This document shows positions 50,453 to 60,247 of a DNA stretch of 64,000 bases, piece by piece (the first letter of the stretch is position 1; every line of letters begins with the position of its first letter). The translations under genes and the position numbers were made by a program. Under the pieces are notes generated by a model, which was given only the letters and a program-made list of their open reading frames with translations, was not told the DNA's origin and made no database searches. Location of the stretch: contig JAWLHY010000012.1 in assembly GCA_041690135.1 (NCBI GenBank), forward strand, positions 64,001 to 128,000. Reading direction: 5' to 3'. This DNA is from Armatimonadota bacterium (lineage in GTDB: Bacteria > Armatimonadota > SYMT01).

Positions 50453-51178
50453 CTACTGGCCCAGGGACTTGAAGGTCACCATGAGCGCCGGCCCATCGGC
50501 GTGGGGGACGACAATCACGGTCTGGCCCACGGGGATCCGGCGTATCGTGAAGAGACTCTTTTCTCCCGGCCGTCCGGGCGTCCCGAACGGCCACGTTAGA
50601 TTGATGCTGCCGTCTCCGTTCAGGCGTGGTGTGAGAGCCAGGTGCTTCGCGGGCTCCCCGGCGGCTTCGGTCCAGCGGAGGTGGAAGGGATGCTGGTTGG
50701 CAGTCGGCAGTTCCGCCGCCGCGAGCACCTTCGCCCCGGACGTCACCTGCTCGATCTGCTTCCCGACCAGCGCCGTGGAGCGGAGCATCTCCGGATGGGG
50801 ATCTTTGACCGGCGGAATGAGCTCATCGAGTTGCTTCCGTCCTGCCGCGTCCAGCCGCAGTACCCTTACGTCCAGATGGATCTGCCGGGCCGGGACATCG
50901 ACGAGGCGCACGATCTTCTTGACCGCGGCAATAGCCTGCGGGCTTCCGGTCACGGTGAGGGAATTAGTGGCGTCGTTGGCGGTCCAGGCGACAAGACCTT
51001 CGGGAGCGGCGGTCTTCACTGCCCCCAATCCGCCGGTGCCGGCCGCGCGTTCTTCCGGGAGGAACATCTCCTGGACCTCCGCGGCACGCACGAAGCGCAG
51101 CGGGATCGTCTCGGTCCGGTCGGCGGCCAACGCCGGGGTCACGAGCAGCAGCGAGAAGCCGAGTGAGAACGCGCGCAT
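50453..51178 (-). CDS. Secreted protein with secretin N-terminal (NolW-like) domain
   Basis: Signal peptide, IPLRFVRA, and TNSLTVTG..IVRLVDVPARQI. Confidence 0.7.
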   Translation of the reverse strand: MRAFSLGFSLLLVTPALAADRTETIPLRFVRAAEVQEMFLPEERAAGTGGLGAVKTAAPEGLVAWTANDATNSLTVTGSPQAIAAVKKIVRLVDVPARQIHLDVRVLRLDAAGRKQLDELIPPVKDPHPEMLRSTALVGKQIEQVTSGAKVLAAAELPTANQHPFHLRWTEAAGEPAKHLALTPRLNGDGSINLTWPFGTPGRPGEKSLFTIRRIPVGQTVIVVPHADGPALMVTFKSLGQ

Positions 51179-51346
51179 GGTAGCCCTCCGCGGGTTGAAA
51201 AAAGGTCAGGGAACCGTCCTTCTGCTTGGACAGCGCACTAACCCACTTTGTTCCGCCAAATTGGCGGAAGCGCTCACCGGAGAGAAGGCCGTCTTAAAGA
51301 GCAGAGCTTCAGACGCCTCTGGCGTTTCCCTATTCACTGGGGCGGG

Positions 51347-52186
51347 TCAGTTGCGATTGGCGGGCTCGATGCACCACTCGGAAAGGATAGGCTCCAACTC
51401 CGGCACCTGTTGCAATAGCTCGCGGCGCAGTTCCGCGGAATTGGGCGTGCCATAGAGAATCTGGCGTAACGGCCCCAGGTGTGGAGAAGGAGCACTCAGG
51501 AGGTCGATGAACTTCCGTCGGACTGAATGACCGGAGGGAGCTTCGTAGTCAGGCCCCAATTCGCGCAGGTAGTGCATCAACTCCATAAAACGGCGTGCAT
51601 TACGAGCGCGGGCTTCCACGAGGTCGTACCGTTCATTGAGCTTTAAAAGCCGCACGGTGTACTCGGCCCTTTGAAGGTCCAGCCCTTCCAGGCCCGGGAC
51701 CGGATCGACCCAGCCGGCGGTAAACTGGCCCTGTGTTTCCTGCTCTACATCAGGCTCCGGGGGCAACGACACCTGTAAATAGTCGAGAGGGTCGTCTTCT
51801 CGGCGGCAGGGGTCGAGCAGAAGCGGATGGCCGTCCGCGCTCCACCTCATCCGGGTACCCTTACACTCCCAACCCTGGCAGTCCGTACATGCCAGTACGA
51901 AATTATCCCACCGCATCATGCGCGCGGGGGTTCCTCGCTCATAGTTATGGGGGTGCGGAGACTTGGGCCAGTAATGGTCGATGGTCCGCGCGCGCGGCTT
52001 TTCGCAATAGCCACACTTGCGGTGGAAGGCCCTTTCGAGCAAGGCGCGAACCTGACGGTAAGTGTCCGTGCGGGAAAACACCGTCCAGGGATCGTCACCC
52101 GCGGAGCCCGCGTCCACCTCTGCTTGCAGGCGCTCCAGTTCCCCCGCCAAGTCTTCCGGCAGCTCCCCGCGATCGACCGGAATCAC
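51347..52186 (-). CDS. HNH endonuclease (Septu PtuB/TIGR02646-like)
   Basis: KCGYCE..IDHYWPKS..WDNFVLACTDC..LLLDPC..LLKLN. Translationally coupled to the ATPase. Confidence 0.85.
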   Translation of the reverse strand: MIPVDRGELPEDLAGELERLQAEVDAGSAGDDPWTVFSRTDTYRQVRALLERAFHRKCGYCEKPRARTIDHYWPKSPHPHNYERGTPARMMRWDNFVLACTDCQGWECKGTRMRWSADGHPLLLDPCRREDDPLDYLQVSLPPEPDVEQETQGQFTAGWVDPVPGLEGLDLQRAEYTVRLLKLNERYDLVEARARNARRFMELMHYLRELGPDYEAPSGHSVRRKFIDLLSAPSPHLGPLRQILYGTPNSAELRRELLQQVPELEPILSEWCIEPANRN

Positions 52187-53619
52187 GGCGTCGTCCCTGC
52201 CTTCTTTCTCTCGACGGCGGCCGCGAAGGCGGAAAGGTCCTCGTCCATCTCTTGCTCGCGCGGCGATTCCCGATCACCCGCGAGGCGCTCGTTCAACTCC
52301 TTTTCGAGCTCGTCGAGCCGGCCGCGATCGGTTTCGGAAAGCCGGCCCGCGCGCCGGTCCAGGCGGAGGCGCTGGTACTCTTCCAGCTTGTCCGTGGTCT
52401 CCGGATCGCGAATGCTGACCAGGCCGAAGACTTCCGTGAGAACCTGGTCCACGGCCCACCCGCGCACGTAGGGCACGTCCTGGTTGGCCACCACCGTATC
52501 GCCCCGGCGCTCCAGCAGGGTGAGGCAGCCCTCTCCTGCGGCCATGGCGACGAACGGGCTGTGGCTGGTAACGATGAACTGGATATTCGGGAAGACCCGG
52601 GTGAACAGGAACCCGGCTTCGCGCTGCCACCGCGGGTGGAGATGCGCGTCGATTTCATCCACGAGAACTACCCCGTGCGCCTCCCGCAGGGGAGTGCCGA
52701 GCGGTCGCAGTTCGACAATCCAGCGGAGCAGATCGACGGCAAGCGCGAACATGCTGCGATAGCCGTCGCTCAACCGTTCCAGCCCTACGGTTCCGTCGCG
52801 CCACCGGAAGGTGATCTCGTCCCCCACCTCGATGGCGGCGATCCCCGGCAGCAGGGCGACGAGGGCCTCCTTCGCTTCTTCCAGCACCGCCTGCTCAGGG
52901 GAGCCGTCTCCGCCACGGAGCGCCTTGCGGTCCAGTTCCTTGAGCCAGGCCACACAGTCCTGGAGCGCGGCGCCCTCCTCGAACAGGGTCAGGAACCGGC
53001 GGTGGAGGGGTTCGATATCGGTACTGTTTGCTGAGGACCCGGAGAGCCGGCGGAAAGCTCCGTAGCCACAACTCAGCCAACCAGAGTTGGGCCGGTGAGT
53101 AAACGCATTCCGCTTGAGGAAATCCATACTATCTGCGAGTTGCGAAGCCTTGTCTACAGGAACAGACAACTCCGAGCGCAACGCCCAAAAATCTATAACT
53201 GCAGCCGACGGAAAAAACTGTTTGACTGCAGGCCCTGTTTCTCCAGGTAGGTGAACGTTTAGTTCAACATTTGGTCCCACGACCACGTAAACGTCAGCAA
53301 GCACCGGCTTTGTATCGGGTGCGGCTGCCTGGCTCTCGTCATCCCCATCTTGCTTGACCATAACGGCAGACATTACACCGAGACGCTTACCTTCCCGAAC
53401 CCAGCCATGCGGACGTAGTAGACGCTCAGCGGTCGTCGCATCCATCAAGCAGGCGGCTATGGCTTGGAGCAGGCTGGTTTTGCCATCCCCGTTCTCACCC
53501 AGGATGACGTTCCAGTTATCCTGCCGCCTTGCGGGATCTCCGCTGGCGTTCACACGGAACTGCAACGAGAGATCCTCAAAGCACTTGATATGTAGAAGCT
53601 CCACTCTCTCCACGTACAC
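52183..53619 (-). CDS. AAA_21-type ABC ATPase (Septu PtuA-like)
   Basis: GENGDGKT, YGAFR, LSDGY, VLVDEIDAHLHPRWQ and QFIVTSHSP. Confidence 0.88.
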   Translation of the reverse strand: MYVERVELLHIKCFEDLSLQFRVNASGDPARRQDNWNVILGENGDGKTSLLQAIAACLMDATTAERLLRPHGWVREGKRLGVMSAVMVKQDGDDESQAAAPDTKPVLADVYVVVGPNVELNVHLPGETGPAVKQFFPSAAVIDFWALRSELSVPVDKASQLADSMDFLKRNAFTHRPNSGWLSCGYGAFRRLSGSSANSTDIEPLHRRFLTLFEEGAALQDCVAWLKELDRKALRGGDGSPEQAVLEEAKEALVALLPGIAAIEVGDEITFRWRDGTVGLERLSDGYRSMFALAVDLLRWIVELRPLGTPLREAHGVVLVDEIDAHLHPRWQREAGFLFTRVFPNIQFIVTSHSPFVAMAAGEGCLTLLERRGDTVVANQDVPYVRGWAVDQVLTEVFGLVSIRDPETTDKLEEYQRLRLDRRAGRLSETDRGRLDELEKELNERLAGDRESPREQEMDEDLSAFAAAVERKKAGTTP

Positions 53620-53832
53620 TTTTGAAGCCCTCGCTCGGTGCTCAACGCGCTATGCGCCTCCGCCACTCCTCAACCATGATGTCACCCGGCGCGGCCTGAA
53701 ACAAAGCCTTGTCAGATATCCGTCCTCACCCGGTTCTGCGAAGCTCTGCGTTCCTTCTCGTTTCCTCTCGTGTCCCTCTGTGTCAAAGACGAACCCCCAT
53801 TCGCTCCATTCACGAAATTCGCGGATCACTCT

Positions 53833-56688
53833 TCACTTCGCGGAAGGAAGCGGCGTGGAGAACGTGTACTGCCCCGAGCCCACCTGGAGCACTGCAGCCC
53901 CGCCTTCCATGCGGAGGAACCGAACGCCGCGCGCCTGCTCCGCCGGGCCGCCGCCTTCCTGGACCGCATCCGCGGACCGGGCCGGGACGTGGACCTCCGC
54001 GGTGGTGTTGGGCGGCAGCTCCACGGTGAGGACCAGCCGCCCGTTGGACCGCTTCCACTTGCTGCGGACGGGGCCGCGAACCGAACGGTAGCTGCCGTTC
54101 GCCCACTGGAGATCCCCCACCACCTGCGGCCGCAGGATGAGGCGGTCGAAACCTTCGGCGTCGGGGGCGGGGTTGATGCCGGCGAGCGCCCGGAAGAACC
54201 ACTCGCTCACAGAGCCGAACATCGGGTGGTTATGGCTGTAGACGTTATCCGAGAACTCCCAGTGCTCCCAGAGGGTGGTGGCGCCGTTCTCCAGCATGTG
54301 GCCCCAGCCGGGGAAGGTCCTCTGGTTCGCCAGGGTGTAGGCGACGTCCGTCCGGCCGAGGTCGGTCAGCGCGCGCAGCATGTACTTGGTGCCGAAGATG
54401 CCGGTGCTGAGGTGGCCCTTACGCGTCTCGAGAATGTCGCGGACCAACAGGTCCAGGGCGGCCTTCCGCTCCGCGGGCGGAGTGAGGCCGAGGTGCAGCG
54501 CGAACGCCTGGCACGCCTGGGTGCCGGTATCATACTTCCCGGTGCCGGCCGTCAGGAACCGGCGGTTGAACGCTTCCCGCACCTGGTCGGCCGCAGCCGC
54601 ATAGGTGCGTCGCAACTCCTCCCGGCCGAGGATCCCGGCCATCCGCTCCGCCAGCCGCAGGTTCAGGTAGTAGAAGCCGGTGCCGGTGAGCGCGCGCGGC
54701 TTGGGCGCCAGGCTCTCGTGGTCGCTGATCCCGTTATCCAGGGTGCCGTCCTGGGCCCGGCTCCGGAGCAGGGCGATCCAGCGCTCCACGCGCGGCATCT
54801 GCTCCTCCAGGGTCCGGCGGTCGCCGTAGTACTGGTAGAGCTGCCACGTCAGCAGCGGGTGCGCCGTGCCCCAGCCGACCGGTCCCGCACCGTCGCCCAG
54901 GCCCTCGTCCGCGATGCCGACGTAAGGGGCCGTCTCCGTGAAGCCGCCGTTCGGCCGCTGCGCGTCGGCCAGGTCCAGCACCGCCTTCCGGTAGAACTGG
55001 GCCATGTTGAAGTTCAGCATCCCCATCTCGCTGGCGGCCACGATGTCGCCGCCGTAGCCGAGCTTCTCGCGGTGCGGGCAGTCCGATTGGACGCTGAACA
55101 TATTGCTGAGCTGCGTCCAGCGGACCACCTCCTGCAGGCGGTTGAACATCGGGTTGGAACAGGCAAACTCCCCGTCCGGCTCCACGTCGGAGTGCAGCAA
55201 GAGCCCTTCGATCGCGTCGGCACCCGGTCGCCCCGGGTAGCCGGTCACCTCGACGTAGCGGAAGCCGTGGAAGGTGAAGCGCGGCGTGTAGACCTCCTCC
55301 CCCTCGCCTTTCAGCGTGTAGGAGTCGGTCTGCCAGGCGGTGACCGGCGCCCCGATCTCGGCATTCTGGCGCCGGTTCTTGATCTGGGTCATCACCGCGG
55401 TCATCGGGTTCAGGGTGCCGTCCGGATAGAGCAGCTCGCCGTATCGCAGGGTGATCTTCGTCCCGGCGGGGCCGTGCGCCCGCAGCCGCGCCCACCCGGC
55501 GAAGTTCTGGCCCAGGTCGAAAATGAAGACGCCCGGCTTCGGTTCCGTCAGCTTCACGGTCCGCAGCGTGCGAGTCGCGCGGACCGGCGGCAGGAACTGC
55601 GCCTGGAGCGGGCCGAGCTTCTCCCGCGCCCGCACCGCCGGCTCCCAGCCCCGCTCGTCGAAGCCGGGCAGGTCCCAGCCCCGGTGCTCGCGGCGGCCGT
55701 CGTAATGCTCGCCGAGGTAGACGCTATTACGCACGACCGGTCCGGGCGCCGTCTTCCAATCGGGGTCGGTCACCACGCTCTCGCGGGTGCCGTCCGCATA
55801 CTCCAGGTCGAGCTGCAAAATGGCGCGCGGCTCGCCCACCGCCAGGTGCTCTCGCAGGTTGAACCGCCCGAACAGGGGGAGGGGCAGCGGATTGTACCAG
55901 CCGTTACCCAGCATCAGGCCGACCGCATTCTCTCCCTCCCGCAGCAAGGGGGTGACGTCGTAGGTAGAGTAGAGCACGCGCTTGCGGACGTCCGTCCAGC
56001 CCGGGTCGAGGACGTGGTCCCCCACGCGCTGTCCGTTCAGCCGCAGCTCGTAATAGCCAAGACCGCTGACCGACGCCCGTGCCCGGCGAAGCTTCCGGGT
56101 GATCCGGAACTCCCGCCGGAAGAGTGGCGCCGGGTCATCGCCGAACTGCTCGCGGACCGTGAGCGGCTTCGCCCGCCGGCGGGAGATCCACTGCCCCTGC
56201 CAGTCTTCCGGCTTCAGCAGGCCCATCTCCCACCAGGCCCCGTCGCTGTAATCCGAAGGGCGGCCGTCCCGGTCCCACACCCGCACCTTCCAGTACACCC
56301 GCTGCCGCGAGGCGAGCGGCCGGCCCTGGTAGGGAATCCCCAGCGTGCGGTCCGCCGCGACCTTGCCGCTGTCCCACAGGTCGCCCCGCCCCGCCCGGAG
56401 ACCCCGTTCCGTGCTGGCCACCAGGATCCGGTACGCTGTCTGGCGCTGGTCACGCTCCCCCGGTCGGGCGGCCTCGAGGGCCCAGCTCAGGCGCGGTTCG
56501 GCCACGTCGACCCCCAGGGGATCCACCGCCGCCTCGCAGCGCAGGCCGGTGGGCCGGATCCCCGCCGGCTGCTGGGCCTGGCCGGGAGAAAGGGTTGCCA
56601 GCGCGAGCAGCAGGCAGGCCGCCAGCGCCGCGAAGTGGGAGGTGAAGTGGGAAATGGGCAGGGTAGGCGTTTCGTTCACGGTCGTCAT
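53833..56688 (-). CDS. Alpha-L-rhamnosidase (GH78)
   Basis: DLGQNFAG, FTFHGFRY, SDCPHREKLGYGGD, GATTLWE and SHNHPMFG. Confidence 0.93.
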   Translation of the reverse strand: MTTVNETPTLPISHFTSHFAALAACLLLALATLSPGQAQQPAGIRPTGLRCEAAVDPLGVDVAEPRLSWALEAARPGERDQRQTAYRILVASTERGLRAGRGDLWDSGKVAADRTLGIPYQGRPLASRQRVYWKVRVWDRDGRPSDYSDGAWWEMGLLKPEDWQGQWISRRRAKPLTVREQFGDDPAPLFRREFRITRKLRRARASVSGLGYYELRLNGQRVGDHVLDPGWTDVRKRVLYSTYDVTPLLREGENAVGLMLGNGWYNPLPLPLFGRFNLREHLAVGEPRAILQLDLEYADGTRESVVTDPDWKTAPGPVVRNSVYLGEHYDGRREHRGWDLPGFDERGWEPAVRAREKLGPLQAQFLPPVRATRTLRTVKLTEPKPGVFIFDLGQNFAGWARLRAHGPAGTKITLRYGELLYPDGTLNPMTAVMTQIKNRRQNAEIGAPVTAWQTDSYTLKGEGEEVYTPRFTFHGFRYVEVTGYPGRPGADAIEGLLLHSDVEPDGEFACSNPMFNRLQEVVRWTQLSNMFSVQSDCPHREKLGYGGDIVAASEMGMLNFNMAQFYRKAVLDLADAQRPNGGFTETAPYVGIADEGLGDGAGPVGWGTAHPLLTWQLYQYYGDRRTLEEQMPRVERWIALLRSRAQDGTLDNGISDHESLAPKPRALTGTGFYYLNLRLAERMAGILGREELRRTYAAAADQVREAFNRRFLTAGTGKYDTGTQACQAFALHLGLTPPAERKAALDLLVRDILETRKGHLSTGIFGTKYMLRALTDLGRTDVAYTLANQRTFPGWGHMLENGATTLWEHWEFSDNVYSHNHPMFGSVSEWFFRALAGINPAPDAEGFDRLILRPQVVGDLQWANGSYRSVRGPVRSKWKRSNGRLVLTVELPPNTTAEVHVPARSADAVQEGGGPAEQARGVRFLRMEGGAAVLQVGSGQYTFSTPLPSAK

Positions 56689-56935
56689 CGTCCCGGAGTG
56701 CGAAAGAAGATGTTTTCCGACCAGTTTCGCCGTTACCCACCGGAGCGCCTCCGCCGCCCCGAAGGCCCCTTACCCGGTCAACCCCAACCGCTCGCATTGG
56801 GACGGACGCCTTCTGTGCCACCCGTTGCGCCTCCACGGAGTCCCGCGCCATCCCGTGCTCCCCGCGAGACCCCTGGGCTCAGATTTTTTTCCAGGTGTCC
56901 AATTCTGTCCAAAAATGTCCAGCCCGGGGCGGGAA

Positions 56936-57006
56936 GGCAGAAGGCAGGGGGCAGAAGGCAGGGGGCAGGAGTCGGCAGAACTTCGGAACTCGGAACTCGG
57001 AACCTT
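56936..57006 (+). repeat. Heptamer tandem repeats (GGCAGAA/GGCAGGG)n and (CGGAACT)n
   Basis: Directly visible. Confidence 0.85.
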
Positions 57007-57045
57007 CGGCTCCTGCTGTGAAAATAGGCGTCCAATAGTGGGTTA

Positions 57046-57218
57046 TGTCATCCTGAACGGATGCCTGCCCGTATGGGTGAAGGATCTCCTGGCGCCCTTG
57101 TGTGCGGCACCCGTACCGCAGACCGGACAACGCAGGAGGGCAGCGTTCTCGGCACAGGGGGAGATCCCTCGCATGCGCGTCCTACCACGCGACAGAACCG
57201 GTGCGGCTCGGGATGACA
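57046..57218. repeat. REP-like pair TGTCATCCTGA..GAAGGATCTC / GAGATCCCTC..CTCGGGATGACA
   Basis: Nested inverted repeats matching the widespread GTCATCC..GGATGAC intergenic repeat pattern. Confidence 0.75.
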
Positions 57219-57540
57219 GCCTTTTACATTGCGGAAGTGAACACCAGTACGTTTTCATCAATGGGGCTGAGCCGTAGGCTCATGATCGCTGAACACCCGA
57301 ACACCCGAACACCCGAACCCCAGAGCGCCCAACGCCCACCGCCTTCTGCCCACTGGCCAGTTCTCCTTTGCGGCTTTGCGGCCCATTCGGGGCGTATGCC
57401 TTGGCGCGAGATTGGGAGTACACGGCAGTAAGAACTCAGTGTTCACCTTCCGTCGGTTGGGGGTTATGATAGGAGAAGTGGCGGCGTCCAACCGGCCGCC
57501 GCTCCCACCGCCTCCCTGGAGAGGCTCCTGGAGAGATCGG

Positions 57541-59595
57541 ATGAAGCCTGCTCTCTTCCCGAACCGCAGAGGTTCGCTATTTTTGATCGCCGCAATACTG
57601 GCGGCCGTGGCTCCCATCTGGCTCGCGCCGGCACCGGGCGCGGCGCAGACCGCCGGCCGCGCTCCGGCCGCGCCGCTCGCGCGCCGTCCGCTGGCCCCGG
57701 AGTTTCCCCCGGGCGCCGCGTGGCTCAATACCGACCGGCCGCTCACGCTGCGAGCCCTGCGGGGGAAGATCGTCCTCCTCGATTTCTGGACCTACGGCTG
57801 CATCAACTGCATCCACATCCTGCCGGACCTGAAGCGGCTGGAGCGCAAGTATTCGAGCGAGCTGGTCGTTATCAGCGTCCATACCGCCAAGTTTGTGAAC
57901 GAGGACGAGACGGCGAACATCCGGAACGCCGTGCTGCGCTACAACATCCAGCACCCGATCCTGAACGACTCCGGGCGCCGGTATTGGACGGCCATGGGCG
58001 TGACCATGTGGCCCACGCAGGTGCTCATCGATCCCACCGGGCACGTGGTCGGCGGGGTGGCGGGCGAGGGCCGTTACGCGGAGCTGGACCGGGCGATCGG
58101 GCAACTCTCTCGGGAGGCCCGGGCGGCGGGCCGGCTGGATACGCGTCCCAGCCGTTTCGCCCTGGAGGCCGCCCGCGCCCCGAAGACGGATCTCTCCTAC
58201 CCGGGCAAGGTGCTCGCCGATATCGATAGGGATGGCAAAGGTCGGATCTACATCGCCGATACCAACCACAACCGCATCATCATCGCCGATGAGACGGGTA
58301 AGGTCGAGGCGGTCGCCGGCACCGGCCGGATGGGGCGTCACGACGGCGCCTTCCAGGAAGCCTCTTTCTCCAGCCCGCAGGGAATGTCGCTGCGCCGCCA
58401 CGCGGACGGCTCGCAGACGCTGTACGTGGCGGATACCAACAACCACAGCATCCGCGCCCTGGACCTGAAGCGCGGCCGGGTCACCACGGTGGCCGGCACC
58501 GGACGCCAGGCCTCGGTCGTCCGGCGCAGCGCGGGCGGCGTGGGGACGGAGGTTGCGCTAGCCTCCCCGTGGGACGTCCTGGTGGTGGGGAATACCCTCT
58601 ACATCGCGATGGCGGGCCCGCACCAGATCTGGTCGATGAGCCTGGACAGCAGCCGGATCCGCCCCTACGCCGGTTCGGGCAAGGAAGCTCGGGAAGACGG
58701 AGCGCTCCTCTTCTCGGCGTTCGCCCAGCCTTCTGGACTGGCGACGGACGGCAAACGACTCTTCGTGGCGGATAGCGAGAGCAGCTCCATACGCGTAGTA
58801 GACCTCCCCGGCGGTGGCGGACGGGTGCAATCGCTGAACCATGGCGACCTGTTCGATTTCGGCGATCGCGACGGCCCCGGCATCGCGGCACGCCTCCAGC
58901 ACCCGCTGGCGGTGGCGTATGATGACGGTTCCCTCTACGTCGCCGACACCTACAACCACAAGCTCAAGCGCTTCGATCTCGCCAGCGGTACCGTGGAAAC
59001 GTTCCTGGGCGGCAAGGGCGGGCGCGCCGGAGATTCGGCCGGCTTCTACGAGCCGGGCGGCTTGAGCCTGGCCGGCAACCACCTCTATGTGGCGGACACC
59101 AACAACCACCGGATTTGCGTGGTCGATCTCCACACTCGTAAGAGCACGGTGCTCGCGCTGAAGAACCTTCCCAGCCCCCTCACGGGCGAACCGCAGCGCT
59201 CGTCCGCCGAAGAAGATGAGGAGAAGGACACGCTCGTCCTACCGCCGGCGGTCCTGTCGCCCGCCGGCGCCGGGGAACTGGTAGTGGAGGTCCAGCTTCC
59301 GCCCGGTCACAAGCTGGCCACGGAGACCCCGCACCGGTTCGAAGCCCAGGTGGAGGGTGGGGGCGTCACCCTGACCCGTACGACGGTGCCCTCCCAGGCG
59401 TTCACCCTGCCGCTGCGCCTGCCGCTGACCAGTGGCAGCACCGGATCCCGCGGGGCTGTGCTGGCGACGATGACCTTCTTCTACTGCTCGGAGAAGGATG
59501 GCGTCTGCAAGATGAAGTCGCTGCGGATCCGGGCTCCCTTCGAGGTCCGTGAGGGAGGCGCCAAGGAACTGAAGCTCACCACCACCGTGAAGTGA
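57541..59595 (+). CDS. Thioredoxin-like + NHL-repeat beta-propeller protein (NHLRC2/SOQ1-like), exported
   Basis: LDFWTYGCINC, multiple ADTNNH repeats, MAGPHQIW and LQHPL. N-terminal RR plus hydrophobic signal. Confidence 0.9.
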   Translation: MKPALFPNRRGSLFLIAAILAAVAPIWLAPAPGAAQTAGRAPAAPLARRPLAPEFPPGAAWLNTDRPLTLRALRGKIVLLDFWTYGCINCIHILPDLKRLERKYSSELVVISVHTAKFVNEDETANIRNAVLRYNIQHPILNDSGRRYWTAMGVTMWPTQVLIDPTGHVVGGVAGEGRYAELDRAIGQLSREARAAGRLDTRPSRFALEAARAPKTDLSYPGKVLADIDRDGKGRIYIADTNHNRIIIADETGKVEAVAGTGRMGRHDGAFQEASFSSPQGMSLRRHADGSQTLYVADTNNHSIRALDLKRGRVTTVAGTGRQASVVRRSAGGVGTEVALASPWDVLVVGNTLYIAMAGPHQIWSMSLDSSRIRPYAGSGKEAREDGALLFSAFAQPSGLATDGKRLFVADSESSSIRVVDLPGGGGRVQSLNHGDLFDFGDRDGPGIAARLQHPLAVAYDDGSLYVADTYNHKLKRFDLASGTVETFLGGKGGRAGDSAGFYEPGGLSLAGNHLYVADTNNHRICVVDLHTRKSTVLALKNLPSPLTGEPQRSSAEEDEEKDTLVLPPAVLSPAGAGELVVEVQLPPGHKLATETPHRFEAQVEGGGVTLTRTTVPSQAFTLPLRLPLTSGSTGSRGAVLATMTFFYCSEKDGVCKMKSLRIRAPFEVREGGAKELKLTTTVK

Positions 59596-59672
59596 AGCCG
59601 GGGAATCACGATCGCAACGGAGTACGGGAAGGCTATTCGTGTCATTGCGAGGATGGGTAGAACTCCAGCGGA

Positions 59673-60115
59673 TTCACAGACTATTCAGCGCCGCAACAAC
59701 GGAGTGCAGCCATTGTGAACTTGCACCCCAGTACCCGACCCTAACTTCGCCGGGCAGGCGTGGCAAGCCCCATGGTGAGTGGTCTGGGTGCCTGGATACG
59801 GTGTTTCCGGCTCTGGGCGCGGTGTAGGTCTTGGCCGATCCGGATGGCTTCAGGCGGCTGATCTTTGGCAGGAAGTTGCCATGGCCGTGTGATGACGGGT
59901 GCCCTGACCAAGGGGCCTGCCACGCGCGCCCGGCGGACTACACCTGGCGGAGCATACGGTCCGGTGCGGTTTGGCAGGAGGTTGCCAGCGCTGGGTAAGG
60001 ACGGGTGCCCTGACCAGGGGGCCTGCCACGCCTGCCCGGCGAAGTTAGGGTCGGGTCACGGGGTGCGTTGGCAAAGCGCCTGTGCTTCGGCACTGCAGCG
60101 GTGCTGGTCTGTGAA
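59673..60115. mobile_element. Non-coding long inverted-repeat element (MITE/REP-composite candidate)
   Basis: 39-bp IR 59733-59771 vs 60018-60056 (1 mismatch), degenerate outer arms and an internal 106-bp-period duplication. Confidence 0.6.
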
Positions 60116-60247
60116 GTCGATTGGGTCTTACCCCTCCTCGCAGAGACGATTGGAGACGCTGCTCCCCATTCGCTGAACCCAACACAGCCGCCGGCGGCCA
60201 CCCGGTGGGTCGCCGCCTGGTTGTGGTAATCCCACTTAGAGAAGGGG

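Noticed and set aside
51180-53830. Retron associated with the ATPase/HNH pair
   Set aside because: No reverse transcriptase (YADD-type ORF) or msr-msd-like inverted repeats were seen nearby.
53770-57021. 1083-aa plus-strand ORF
   Set aside because: Antisense shadow of the GH78 gene, typical of high-GC DNA, with no recognisable motifs.
59733-60056. Integron attC site (CCCTAAC..GTTAGGG)
   Set aside because: The ends do not fit RYYYAAC/GTTRRRY, the span is too long and there is no integrase or cassette array.
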